Assembly: GCF_046119375.1 (NCBI RefSeq)
Contig: NW_027362761.1
Coordinates: forward strand, 663,958,001-664,022,000
Origin: Phyllobates terribilis
Lineage: Eukaryota
DNA length: 64,000 nucleotides
Direction of reading: 5' to 3'
Part shown: one piece after another, positions 40,621 through 53,500 of the stretch
How the letters are laid out: the number at the start of each line of letters is the position of its first letter
How positions within the stretch are numbered: position 1 is the stretch's first letter
Position numbers and translations under genes: made by a program
The notes under the pieces: model-generated
What the model saw: the letters and a program-made list of their open reading frames with translations, nothing else
Database searches by the model: none
What the model was told of the DNA's origin: nothing

Positions 40621-41752
40621 AGCGAAGTTATAATGGTTAAAAGTTGACCAGCGATTACTGCTTTATCCATCAAAATTTGCAAAACCATTTTTTTTAGGGA
40701 CCGCATCATATTTGAAGTCACTTTGAGGGGGTATGAGAGAAAATACAAAATAGTGACACCAGTCTTAAAACTGCACCCCTAAAGGTGCTCAAAACCACAT
40801 TCAAGAAGTTAATTAACCCTTCAGGTGCTTCACAGGAACTGAAGCAATGTGGGAAAAAAAATGAACTTTTAACTTTTTTTTTCACTAAAATTTTACTTTA
40901 GACCTATTTTAAAAGGAGAAATTGGACCCCAAAAGTTTTTGTGCTATTTCTTCGAGTATGCTGATACCCCATATGTGGGGAAAAAACATTGTTTGGGCGC
41001 ATGGCAGGGCTCGGAAGGGAAGGAGCACCGTTTGACTATTTCAAAGCAAAACTCGCTGGAATCAAGAACGGACCCCATATCGCGTTTGGAGAGCCCCTGA
41101 TGTGCCTAAACAGTGGAAACCCCCCACAAGTGACCCCATTTTGGAAACTAGACCCCTTAAGGAACTTATCTAGATGTGTGGTGAGCACTTTGGACCCCCA
41201 AGTGTTTCACAAACGTTTATAATGGAGAGCTGTGGAAAAAAAACACTTTTTTCCACAAAGATTATCTTTAAGCCGCAATTTTTTTATTTTTACAAGGGTA
41301 ACAGAAGAAATTGGACCCCACAAGTTGTTGTGCAGTTTCTCCTGAGTACACTGATATATCATATGTGGGGGAAAACCATTGTTTGGGCGCACGTCAGGGC
41401 TCGGAAAGGAAGGAGTGACGTTTTGGAATGCAGACTTTGATGGAATGGTTGATATTCATCTCCTTTCTTTGAAGAAGCGACGCTCTAGATGACGGAGCGT
41501 GTGGTTTTCCTTTCCTCCAACTCCAGGCTACATAGAGGTTGAATACGACTAACCCATATCCTCTTAAAGGGACCGTTCAGCTACATAAACCCAAGCAGAG
41601 CATGCCAGAGTGCATATAGCCATTTCTAACAAATGTGTGGTGACTTACAGCTCAGGCCTTGTCATTGATCCTTTTTCTTATTTGTATTCTGACACCAGTT
41701 TCCATCATAGAGCATAAATCGGCATTATTTCATTCCCTTTAATACTTATATA

Positions 41753-43252
41753 CAGTACAGACCAAAAGTTTGGACACACCTTCTCATTTAAAGATTTTTC
41801 TGCGTTTTCATGACTTTGAAAATTGTACATTCACACTGAAGGCATCAAAACTATGAATTAACACATGTGGAATTATATCGTTAACAAAAAAGTGTGAAAC
41901 AACTGAAAATATGGTGTGCCCTGTCAGGTTTAATAAGTGGGATTTTTTGCCTTATAAATGGGGTTGGGACCATCAGTTGTGTTGTGCAGAAGTCAGATGG
42001 ATACACAGCTGATAGTCCTACTGAATAGACTGGTAGCTGTTTTTTTCTTGCCATAATACAAATTCTAAGTAAAGAAAAACGAGTGGCCTTCGTTACTTTA
42101 AGAAATTAAGGTCAGTCAGTCCGAAAAAATTGGGCAAACTTTGAATGTGTCCCCAAGTGCAGTTGCAAAAACCATCAAGCGCTACAAAGAAACTGGCTCA
42201 CATGAGGACCGCCCCAGGAAAGGAAGACCAAGAGTCACCTCTGCTTCTGAGGATAAGTTTATCCGAGTCACCAGCCTCAGAAATCGCAGGTTAAAAGCAG
42301 CTCAGATTAGAGACCAGGTCAATGCCACACAGAGTTCTAGCAGCAGACACATCTCTACAACAACTGTTAAGAGGAGACCTTGTGCAGCAGGCCTTCATGG
42401 TAAAATAGCTGCTAGGAAACCACTGCTAAGGACAGGCAACAAGCAGAAGAAACTTGTTTGGGCTAAAGAACACAAGGAATGGATATTAGAACAGTGGAAA
42501 TCTGTGCTTTGGTCTGATGAGTCCAAATTTGAGATCTTTGGTTCCAACCACCGTGTCTTTGTGCGACGCAGAAAAGGTGAACGGATGGACTCTACATGCC
42601 TGGTTCCCACCGTGAAGCATAGAGGAGGAGGTGTGATGGTGTGGGGGTGCTTTGCTGGTGACACTGTTGGGGATTTATTCAAAATTGAAGGCATACTGAA
42701 CCAGCATGGCTACCTCAGTATCTTGCAGCGGCATGCTATTCCATCCGGTTTGCTTTTAGGTAGACCATCATTTATTTTTCAACAGGACAATGACCCCAAA
42801 CACACCTCCAGGCTGTGTAAGGGCTATTTGACCAAGAAGGAGAGTGATGGGGTGCTACGCCAGATGACCTGGCCTCCACAGTCACCAGATCTGAACCCAA
42901 TTGAGATGGTTTGGGGTGATCTGGACCGCAGAGTGAAGGCAAAAGGGCCAACAAGTGCTAAGCGTCTCTGGGAACTCCTTCAAGATTGTTGGAAGACCAT
43001 TTCCGGTGACTACCTCTTGAAGCTCATCAAGAGAAGGCCAAGAGTGTGCAAAGCAGTCATCAAAGCAAAAGGTGGCTACTTTGAAGAACCTAGAATATGA
43101 CATATTTTCAGTTGTTTCACACTTTTTTGTTAAGTATATAATTCCACATGTGTTAATTCATAGTTTTGATGCCTTCAGTGTCAATGTACAATTTTCATAG
43201 TCATGAAAAATCTTTAAATGAGAAGGTGTGTCCAAACTTTTGGTCTGTACTG
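41753..43252 (+). mobile_element. Tc1-like transposon with a long open DD34E transposase frame (42141-43100) but no usable start codon
   Basis: TA-flanked TIRs CAGTACAGACCAAAAGTTTGG. Motifs WSDESKF, QQDNDPKH and [11 protein letters not shown] are intact. Confidence 0.95.
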
Positions 43253-44559
43253 TATATCTATTTCCACTGGCATTATTAGCAGAGTGATGTGGGTATTTAC
43301 ATATACTGTGGAAGCCTGTTGTGTTTACTTATCTATATATATTCTTAGAATTGTGGTTTGGAGGATAAAAGCCAGCCCTAACACGGGCTGCTGAGATGAG
43401 TTACATAGCCATTCTGGGCTTTTTTTAAATGTTTTTAATTGTGTGATTTCCTTCATTGTTCAATAAAATTCTTTCTATTATTATGTTACTAATTTAATGG
43501 TGATCCTGACTATTTATATACATGCTTCTTTTCTTCCGTTACGCATTATGTTGTTTAGTGTGTAATCAGTGATCCCATAAGTATATTGGTACTTAGCTTT
43601 GCTTCTATAAACAGTGGAACCCCCCCCCCAAGTGACCCCATTTTGGAAACTAGACCCCTTAAGGAACTTATCTAGATGTATGGTGAGCACTCTCAACCCC
43701 TAAGTGTTTCACAAAAGTTTATAACGTCGAGCTGTGAAAAAAAAAATCACTTTTTTTCCATAAAAATGAACTTTTAGTCGCATTTTTTTTAATTTTCACA
43801 AGGGTAACAGGAGAAATTGCACCCCAAAAGTTGTTGTGCAGTTTCTCCTGAGTTACTCTGATACCCCATATGTGGGTAAAACCATTGTTTGGGTGCACAT
43901 CAGGGCTCAGAAGGGAAGGAATGATGTTTTGGAATGCAGACTTTGATGGAATGGTCTGTGGGCGTCATGTCGCGTTTGCAGAACCCTTAATGTGCCTAAG
44001 CAGTGGAAATGCCCAACAAGTGTCCCTTTTTGGAAACTAGACCTCCCAATAAATTTATCTAGATGTGTGGTGAGCGCCTGGAACCCCCAGGTGCTTCACA
44101 GAAAATTATAACGTTGACTTGTGCAAATAAAAAAAGTCAATTTTTTCCACAAAAATGTTATTTTAGCCAAACAAAAATTATTTTCACAAGGGTAATTGGA
44201 GAAAGTGGACCTCAAAATGTTGTCCAATTTCTCCTGAGTATGCTGACACCCCATATGTGGGAGAAACTACTGTTTGGGCACATGTCAAGGCTCGGAAGGG
44301 AAGGAGTGATGTTTTGAAATGCAGACTTTGATGGAATGATTTGCAGAACCCCTGATGTGCCTAAACAGTGGAAATGCCCAACAAGTGCCCCCTTTTTGGA
44401 ACTGATCTACTGTTTCCTGTATGGCATAGTGTAGTGGCATACATGAGTTGTGTAGTGTTCGTCAAATTGTCATACGTCAGTTGTGTAGTGTTCGTTAGGT
44501 TGCCATACGTCAGTTGTGTAAGTCAGAACTGAATTAAGTAGTCCATGGATGTGTGGTAC

Positions 44560-46140
44560 AGTCTGAAGCATTCTTTCATACACAGGCCAAGTTTGTCAGG
44601 GCAGGTGTCACATTGATAAATGTTGTCCTTGCATATTCCCCTTTTGTAACACACTCGGCACCTCTATTATGACTTAGTTTTTTTTCTGCTTTGAGGGATC
44701 TCTCCCAGGAAATGTTGGCATGGTACGATTTGAGGATTTTCAGTTCCAGAAATACTGGGGCCCGCTCCTTCCTGACTGCCAAATATCATGGCCTTGATCA
44801 CTACCTCCTGGAACTGAAGGTACGGCGAAGAAGTCTAGCCTGCACATCATGATAGTAGGAAAGAATAGTACATTGCCATCTGTACAATGTGCATGGCCAG
44901 CTTCTTGTACCACACCCTGGCCTTTCTAAATGCACTGTATGGCTGGAGGACTTGATTAGAGAGATCAACTCCCTCCATGTACTTGTTGTACCCATTACAC
45001 AGTCTGGTTTGACGACTTGTGTAGAGGAACCTCTTACAGTGCTGATGGTGCTGCCATCACCATGTATGGTGGTCAAGAGAAGGACATCCTTCTTGTACTT
45101 GACCACCAGTAGGTGGTCGCTACATTGGTCTCTGCTCTCACCCTTACTGAGCATCTGTCAATTAGCGTCTTTGGGAGGCCTCTCTGATTTTTAACAGTGT
45201 TGCAGGCTGCGGTACCTCACGCTGAGAGGGACTTGAAGAGTTGGGTGCTGGTATAAAAGTTATCCATGTAGAGGTGATATCCTTGATCCAGCAGTGGGTG
45301 CACCAAATCCCACACTACTTTCCCACTCACTCCCAGGACAGAGGGACATTCAAGGGGTGCAGTACACGAGTCCTTCCCTTCATAAACCCTAAACTTGTGG
45401 GTGTGCCCTGAGATACTCTCACAAAGTTGTAGAGCTTAATTCATTATCTGGCCCTCTTACTGGGCACATACACGTCAGCAAACTTGTTGTTGAACTGATC
45501 GATGACCGGCCGAACTTTGAAAAGACTATCAAAGTTGGGGTCATCTCATGCATTATCGTTGTAATGCAAGAACTTGTGGATGGCCTCAAAACGTGTCCGG
45601 GTCATGACCATTCAGAGCACCGGAGTGTTATACAAAATGTCAACACTCCAGTATTACCGAACTTCTGGCTTCTTCAGGATCCCTATGTGAAGGACCAGGC
45701 CTGAAAAATTCATAATTTATATTGCATTTACAAGAGTCCAGTTAGAAAGTGATGAGCGGTTTTGTGGCAAAAAATTTTGAGCATACAAATTAGATTGGTC
45801 CACCATGAGGTTTACAAAATCCTCAGAGAAAAAGACTTTGAATAAATCTCTTTCTGTGAGGCCGGTGGTGTCATACTTGATTCCTAATTGTGCCACAAAA
45901 TCAGGAATCAGTGGGTCATAATTTTCAGGGGGACGAGGTCCATACGGGGTCAGTAATGGGGGGCGCTGATTCATCTTCTATCCTAGAGCATCTTCGTGGC
46001 AGTTCAGCATCACCTGAGGAGGATGACAAGGAGTCAGAAAAATAAAGAAAGTTGGGATCCTCTCCCTCACTGTCAGTGTCGGAGGCAAGGAACACGTATG
46101 CCTTCTCCACTGAATAACGTTTTAGGGACTGGCGGGACTA
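44560..46140 (-). pseudogene. piggyBac (PGBD-type) transposase remnant
   Basis: Acidic N-terminus (ASDTDSEGEDP), FKVFFSEDFVNLMVDQSNLYAQ, YMDNFYTS, KYKKDVLLLTTIH, KPDCV and a C-terminal Cys-rich remnant; many frameshifts. Confidence 0.85.
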
Positions 46141-46959
46141 CATATTTTTTTATGTATGTGGTGTTTGTCAGTACTTTATTCAGTTGTGTGTGTAAGAGTG
46201 CTTGGTGTAAACGTCTTTGTTGCTTTTTTACTTAAAAAAAAAAAAAATCGGAGGTAGTGCAAGGAAGGGGGGGGTGAGTCAGTGAAAAAAAAAGTGTAAA
46301 ACAGCGAGCACGAGTGTGGATCAGTGATCTGCGTCACTGATCAATGCTCATCAGCTGCTGGATGTGCACACGGAAGTGGTGCAAAGGGCGGGGGAGAAAA
46401 GTGAACAGGGACAAAAAAAAGTCCTGGAAAACAGTGAGCACGGAGGTTGATCTGTTATTTGCGTCACTGATCAGCGCTTGGCTACTGCACAACACACAAG
46501 GAAAAAAACTGCCAAAAATCAAGCGATCAAGTACTGATCACCACTCAGTGGCAGAAAGGAGGGGTGGAGAGAGGGGGATTGGTCGCGGTGGCGCATTAAA
46601 TGTTAGGCATAATACGTATCTGGTCATTAAGGCTCAGGGCTCAGAGACATATTATTACGCCTCACGTCAAAAAGGGGTTAAACCAAGCACAGGCACCTGT
46701 TTCATTTTTGATGTGTCCAAACCATTCAGTACACCTTTCCATCTGCTTGCGGTTGATCTATCTCTGCACTTCTCTGGTTCCAAGTAAATCCTATCAAGAA
46801 AGGGGTAAGGGGAGAATCCACTGGTTCATAAATAAATATAAATAAAAAAAAACTAAAATGATATAATAGGAGACTTAATATTGTGTATTTTGTTACTAGT
46901 AAAAGTACTAAAGTTTAGCATAGACTACTGCATTAAATAATACATTTTATTTCTTTTGC

Positions 46960-49062
46960 GCCATCATATTCCTCAGCACTTCACATTTTAGAGGGAACTT
47001 GTACAGACAATAAAGACATTACACCTAACTCAACAGATACCAAAAGTTATGAGGGCCCTGCTCACAAGTTTACTATGAGGAAGTAGGCGAGACACGAAAG
47101 GTAAATGGTAAAGAGTGCGTGTATTGTATGGTTCAGCCATCAATAAAATAGCGTATTCCCATAATGCTGCATGAACCGATCACCAGCCAGTATGTCAGTA
47201 TGTGTACTGACACAGACACAGAGGGCTATTAAGTGCATGGAGAGTGTGTGAACAGATGCTACAAGGGTCCTGATTTAGAATAAAATTTTGTATGGGCAAA
47301 ACGTGGATAGTTAGAGAAATGACATGAGGTGAAAGGCCAGTCTTAAGAAATGCATTTTTAGGCCACACTTAAAACTGTTGGTATTGGAAATTTATCGAAT
47401 TGTCCTGGGTAGTGCATTCCGGAGAATTGGCGCAGCACGCTAGAAGTCTTGGAGACAGGAGAGGGTGGTTCGGATTATTGAGGATGTTAATTTTTGGTCA
47501 TTAGCAAAACGGAGGGCATGGGTAGGGTGGTAGACTGAGATCAGGGAGGAGATGTAGGGTGGTGCTGAACTGTGGCGTGCTTTGTGGGTGATGGTGATAA
47601 ATTTATATTGGACTTTGTAGAGGAGGGCCAACCAGTGCAATGACTGGCACAGGGTAGAGCCATTAGTGTAGTTGTTGGAAAGGAATATGATCCTGGCTGC
47701 TGCATTCAGTATTGATTGGAGTGGGGAGAATTTAGTAATAGTTAAGGAGATTTAGTAGAGAGTTGAAATAATCCAGACGAGAGTGAGTAATAGCAACAGT
47801 AAGAGTTTTTGCAGAGTCAAAGGTAAGAAAAGGTCAAATTCTAGAGCTGTTTGTGAGGTGTAGGTGAAATGAGCGAGCGAGTGATCTGAATCATATATGA
47901 CCCCATGACAGCGGGCATGTTACTAGAGAGTAATGGTGGAACCACGCACTGAAATAGCAATATCGAGCATAGGTAGATTAGTGAAGGGAGAAACACAAGG
48001 AGTTCAGTTTTTGACAGATTTAGTTTTAGATAGAGGGAAGACAAAATGTTAAAGACAGCGGAGAGACAATCACTCTTATTTTGTAGTAATTCAGGGGTGA
48101 TGTCAGGAGACTGTGTATAATTGGGCATCATCAACAAAGAGATGATACTGAAAACCGAATCTACTGATGGTTTGTTCAATAGGGGCAATATATAAGGAGA
48201 AAAGGAGGAGGCCTAGGACTGATCCTTGAGGAACCCCTATAGTAAGGGAAGAGGAGCCAGCAAAAGATACAGTGAAGGAGTGGTCAGAGAGGTACGATGA
48301 AAACCAAGAGAGAGCAATATCCTTGAGGCCGATAGAACAGAGCATAGTGAGGAGGAGCTGGTGATACACAGTATCGAATGCTGCAGAGAGATCCATTAGA
48401 ACCAGCAGGTAGTAGTGACCATTAGATTTAGCTGTTAGTAGATCATTACAGACTTTAGTAAGGGCAGTTTCATTAGAGTGTAAGGAGCGGAAACCAGATT
48501 GTAAAAGGTCAGGAAGAGAGTTATCTGACAGATAGCAGATTAGACGGGAGTGGACCAAGCGTTCCAGGAAATAGTGATGAAGGGAAGATTACAGACAGAC
48601 CTTTTAAGTAATGGGTGTATGCTGGCATATTTAAATGAGGAAAAGCTACCAGATGCAAGAAAGATAATATTTTAGTTAGGTGAGTGGGTGGTAATAGCCA
48701 GGAAAAGGGACTGAAGAACATGTGAGTGCATAGGGTCCCTGGTGCATGTAGTAGTGTGAGAGATTGACTTCTTCTTCCGTGCCTGGTTAAAATACCGAAT
48801 GTGAGCTAGATGTAATGTGGGATAGAGGAGAATGCAAGATATTAGGGGATTGGGAGAAAATTTCCTGTCTGATATGGCCAGTTTTTTCCTTTTAAATTGG
48901 GCAGATCGTCAGCGCTGAGCTCGGTGGTGTGGGCCTGCACTTGGATTGAGGAGAGAATGAAAAGTGTCAGTCGTTTAGGATTGTTGGATAAGTTTGTGAT
49001 AAGGGTGTTGAAGTAGATTTGTTTGGAGAGGTGAAGGGTAGAGTTGTATGTTTAAAGCATAA
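46960..49062 (-). mobile_element. L2/CR1-group LINE, 3' part (RT and 3' end), decayed
   Basis: [43 protein letters not shown] and LQDF(S)..RAAPILRNALP. Left boundary approximate. Confidence 0.88.
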
Positions 49063-49488
49063 TGTCACAATGCTGTTGTCTGAAAACCCGAGACCAGGGG
49101 CTCCTTCCCGGTCCCGAACACTAAGAGCGCCCTGTCTATCCCCAGGTTACTTAAGATGGCAATGATGCTGGGGCCATGCACCTTGCTGTTCTCCTGAGTC
49201 AGCCCTTATTTGTTCCCCTTAGTCAGCCCTTATTTGTTCCCTTCCCCACCCAAGGAAGTGGGGAGGAACAGTGTTTGTAAAAACACCAACCAGACAAACA
49301 AGGAAGGACGTACAGGGGTAAAATAAAATACCAAACACAAAATATGCACTCACAGCCAACAGAGGGAGGCACCGAAGGGATGAGAAAGGTAAACCAAAAC
49401 AGAAGAGGATAGGACTATGCACACAACCAAAACACCAAGCAACAGTCACAGATCGACTCGTGCACTCACACTGCAGACAGCGACATAC
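49063..49488. mobile_element. Unrelated LTR-like sequence (TGTCAC start) inserted in the L2 and interrupted by Gypsy B
   Basis: Abrupt break in L2 homology at TGTCACAATG; local 23-bp tandem duplication at about 49197-49241. The other end is outside the window. Confidence 0.55.
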
Positions 49489-50124
49489 TGTTAGAACCCT
49501 CTTGTTAGTTTTTCTATTTTTGCTGGTCACATGACTTTTTGCCTATATAATCCAGCTCCGCCCTCCTGGCCTTGCTGGACTTCAGTGTTACTTTTACTCT
49601 TAAGCTAGCCAGGTGCCTTGTACCTTACTCTGTAGTTTGCTTGGTCTTTTGACCACTAGTACTTCTGTTTGTTTGTCTTTGCTCTGCTACAATTTCTGCT
49701 AGGAGGTGTCCAACTATATCCCAGTCCTTAGTTCTTGTAGGGACCCCTCCCTTATATCTATAGGTCTGCGTTCAGACTAGCCGAGGACTTAGGAGGGTCT
49801 GTTCACAAGGATCAGGTCCCCCGCTGCATCGTAGGGAATCAGCTTAGTCCTATTGTAGGGACAGTTTTCCTTAGTGTTTGTAGCAGTTCATAACAGTAAG
49901 TCCAGCCCAAAAATAAAACACTCTAAGGGAAAAAAAATAGAAATCCTGATTTCAGCATGGTGTCGGTTCAGGAGTTGGCTCAACGCCTGCAGGGACTGTC
50001 TTTGGAGGTGGCCGAGCTCCAGCAACACGTGAGTAGCTGTCCTGGAGCGCATTTTGTCGAACCGAAGGTGTTAGAACCTTGCTCTTAGGTTTTTTCCTTT
50101 GCTGGTCACATGACCTTGTTGGCC

Positions 50125-50163
50125 TATTTAATCCTGCTCCGCCCTTCTGGCTTTGCTGGACTT
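50125..50163 (+). promoter_or_regulatory. LTR TATA box and predicted transcription start (GCTGGACTT); equivalent sites at 49544/49574 and 2234/2204 (minus strand)
   Basis: TATTTAA or TATATA lies 30 nt upstream of the PBS-complementary 9-mer in all three LTR subfamilies. The start site itself is inferred. Confidence 0.7.
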
Positions 50164-50536
50164 CATTGTATATCTACTTTCTAGCTAGCCTGTGCTCTGT
50201 GTCTTGCTCTGTTAGTTTGCTTGGTCTACGGACCTCTATGTTCTATATATTTTGTTTGTTCGTCTGTCTGCTACTATTTCTGTTAGGAGGTGTCCCATAT
50301 TCCTCCCAGTCCTTAGTACTTGTAGGGATTCCTTCCCCACATCTATAGGTCTCCGTACAGACTAGCTTAGGACTTTAGCAGGTCTGATCGCAGGATCAGG
50401 TCCCCTGTTACATCGTAGGGATTAAGCTGAGTTCTATCGCAGGGACAGATCTCCTCTCTTTCCTTAGCTCTGGTAGCAGAACATAACAGTAAGTCCAGCC
50501 TGCAAATTCTCTAAGGAAAGATTTTTCTGTTCCATC

Positions 50537-53500
50537 ATGGTGTCGGTTCAGGATTTGGCTCATCGCCTGCAGGGACTCTCTCTGGAGGTGGCCGAGCTCC
50601 GTCAGCACGTGAGTAACTGTCCTGGAGCACATTTCTTGGAGCCTAAGGTATGTTTGCCGGATTTATTTTTTGGTGAACACCGAGAATTTTTTTCATTTAA
50701 AAATGCTTGCTTATTGTATTTTCGTTTGAGACCCAAGTCCTCTGGGGATGAATCCCAGAGCGTAGGGTTCATAATGTCACTTTTGCGCAAAGAGCCTCAG
50801 GAGTGGGCCTTTTCTTTGCAACCTAGTGATACATGCTTCAGATCAGTGGATAGTTTTTTTTCTGCTTTGGGCCTATTATATGATGATCCTGACCGTGTCG
50901 CATCAGCTGAGACTGAGTTGAGACGTTTAAAACAAGGATCAGGTAATGTGGAAAAATATTGTACTCATTTCCGTCGGTGGTCTACTCAAACAGGGTGGAA
51001 CGATTCTGCTCTGAAAAGTCTATTTCTTGCTGGGCTCAGTGAAAGGGTTAAAGACCTGCTAATTGCTTATCCTACACCTGAAGATTTGCAACAGGCTATG
51101 CAATTAGCTATACGGGTGGATAGAAGACTGCGTGCAAGGGTTAATGAGAGCAAATCCTCTGCTATGTCAGTTTCTGGTTATGAGAATGTGTGTACTAACA
51201 GTGGTGAACCGATGGAGATTGGATCGGTGGCACCTCGCTCTCAAGAAAAAGACCGTCGATTTTTTGAAGGCTTGTGTTTCTATTGCGGAAAATCTGGTCA
51301 TTTGATAAAAGCCTGTGAGCTTCGTATGAAGAAAGAAAAAAAAATGGTCAGTCACGCCCGTATTGCCTGTTTAAATTCCAAGGGTATATTTTTAGCTGCT
51401 TCCACGATTGCTCAGGAAAAAGTAATGGAATTTCGGGTGTTTGTTGATTGCGGGTCTACTCTGAATGTAATTGATGGGGGATTCTTGGAAAGACTCAATT
51501 TAAAACCCGAACCTTTGTCATCCCCCATTGCTGTGGTTTCTGTGGATGGTTCCCCTTTGAAGAATATTACTCTCAAGGTCAGTGAATTTCCTCTCACTAT
51601 TAATGGTGTTCACCATGAGAAATTGGATTTGGTAGTGTTGAATAACTTGCCTTCTCCAGTAATATTGGGATTGCCCTGGTTAAAATTTCACAATCCTGTA
51701 CTGGATTGGTCTACCAGTGAAATTAAATCCTGGAGCCATAAATGTTATGACAAGTGTTGTAACGGGCGTATTGCAGCTTTGGATAGGGGAGAATTGCCTG
51801 TTCCTATTCAGGATTTTTGGAGAGTTTTTTCTGAGAAGGAATCGCAGGTTTTGCCTCCCCATAGAGACTATGATTGCTCTATTGAATTTGTCCCTGGAGC
51901 GACTCTTCCTAAAAGTCGTTTATTTAACCTTACTATTCCTGAGAGGAAGGCTTTGGAGGAATACATACAGACAAGTTTGGCCGCCGGTCACATTAGGCCC
52001 TCTAAGTCTCCTGTGGCGGTTGGATTTTTTTTTGTAAAAAAAAAAGGACGGCGGTTTACGTCCTTGTCTGGATTTTCGTGAGATTAACAAAATTACTGTG
52101 CGCAATCCTTACCCACTGCCATTGATTCCTGATCTGTTTAACCAGTTAATGGGGGCCAAGTGGTTCTCTAAAATTGACCTTAAGGGGGCATACAATCTGT
52201 TGCGCATGAAGGAGGGTGACGAATGGAAGACTGCTTTTAACACTCCTGTGGGTCATTTTGAGAATCTGGTTATGCCTTTTGGTCTTACCAATGCTCCTGC
52301 ATTTTTTCAGAATCTTATTAATGACATCCTTGGGCCTTTGATCGGCAAAAATGTGGTTGTGTATTTGGATGACATTTTGATTTATTCGCCGGATCTGGAG
52401 TCTCATTGGCGGAGCGTACGTGAGGTATTACAGTTATTAATGGACAATTCGCTTTTTGCTAAGCTGGAGAAATGTGAATTCGCTGTACAGAGAATTAGTT
52501 TTTTGGGTTACATTATCTACAGCGAAGGTTTTGAGATGGACCCGGTTAAAGTTCAAGCTATACAGGAATGGCCTAGGCCTATTGGTTTGAAATCGATACA
52601 GAGGTTTTTAGGTTTCGCCAATTATTACAGAAAATTCATAAAAAATTTTTCTAGTATTGTCAAACCTCTGACCGATCTCACCAGGAAAGGTGCTGATGCG
52701 GTTCAGTGGTCTGCTGAGGCCATTGAAGCTTTTGTGTATCTCAAGGAGAGGTTCACCTCTGCTCCCATCCTTATGCAGCCTGATGTGACTAAGCCGTTTT
52801 TGGTTGAGGTTGATGCTTCCTCTGTGGGGGTTGGAGCAGTATTGTCTCAGGATAATGGGGATGGATTACATCCCTGTGCCTTTTTTTCAAAAAATTTTTC
52901 GGAGACTGAACTGAATTACGATATTGGTAATCGGGAATTATTGGCTATTAAGCTCGCGTTTGAACACTGGCGCCACTTCTTGGAAGGTGCGGAATTTCCC
53001 GTTCAGGTTCTTACGGATCATAAAAATCTGATATATCTTGATGCTGCCAAGCGCCTGAATGCCCGTCAGGCTAGGTGGGCACTGTTTTTCTCGCTGTTTA
53101 ATTTCTCCGTTACTTACATCCCTGGTACTAAGAATGTTAAGGCGGATGCCTTGTCTCGCAGTTTTTCTCCCATAGTCGGTGCTGAGAAAGAGGAGAACAT
53201 TTTACAAGAAGGTGTTGTGATAGCTGCTTTAGACTCCGTTTTGGAAGATGAGATTCTTAAAGCACAGGAGAATGCCCCTTCTAACACTCCTCATGGGAGG
53301 TTGTTTGTGCCTGGGACCTTTAGGAGAGATTTGTTTGTTGAGTGTCACGAATCTCGGTTGGCAGGTCATCCCGGAATCTCTGAGACCAAGAGACTGGTGG
53401 GTCGCAGTTTTTGGTGGCCTGGATGGCAGAAGGAAGTCATTAAGTGGGTGCGCCAATGTACTATATGTGCTAGATCTAAGTCCTCACATACTCCTGCTGC

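Larger units (their letters stand above)
40620..46677 (-). mobile_element. piggyBac element with decayed transposase and internal tandem repeats; left end not found, interrupted at about 41450-43600
   Basis: The right end CACGTCAAAAAGGGG|TTAA matches 12995. The same ~360-390-bp repeat unit occurs at about 41131, 43633, 44021 and 44385. Confidence 0.75.

Noticed and set aside
52030-52100. Programmed gag/pol or PR/RT frameshift in element A
   Set aside because: The B copies read through this site in frame with A9, so a homopolymer indel is the simpler explanation.
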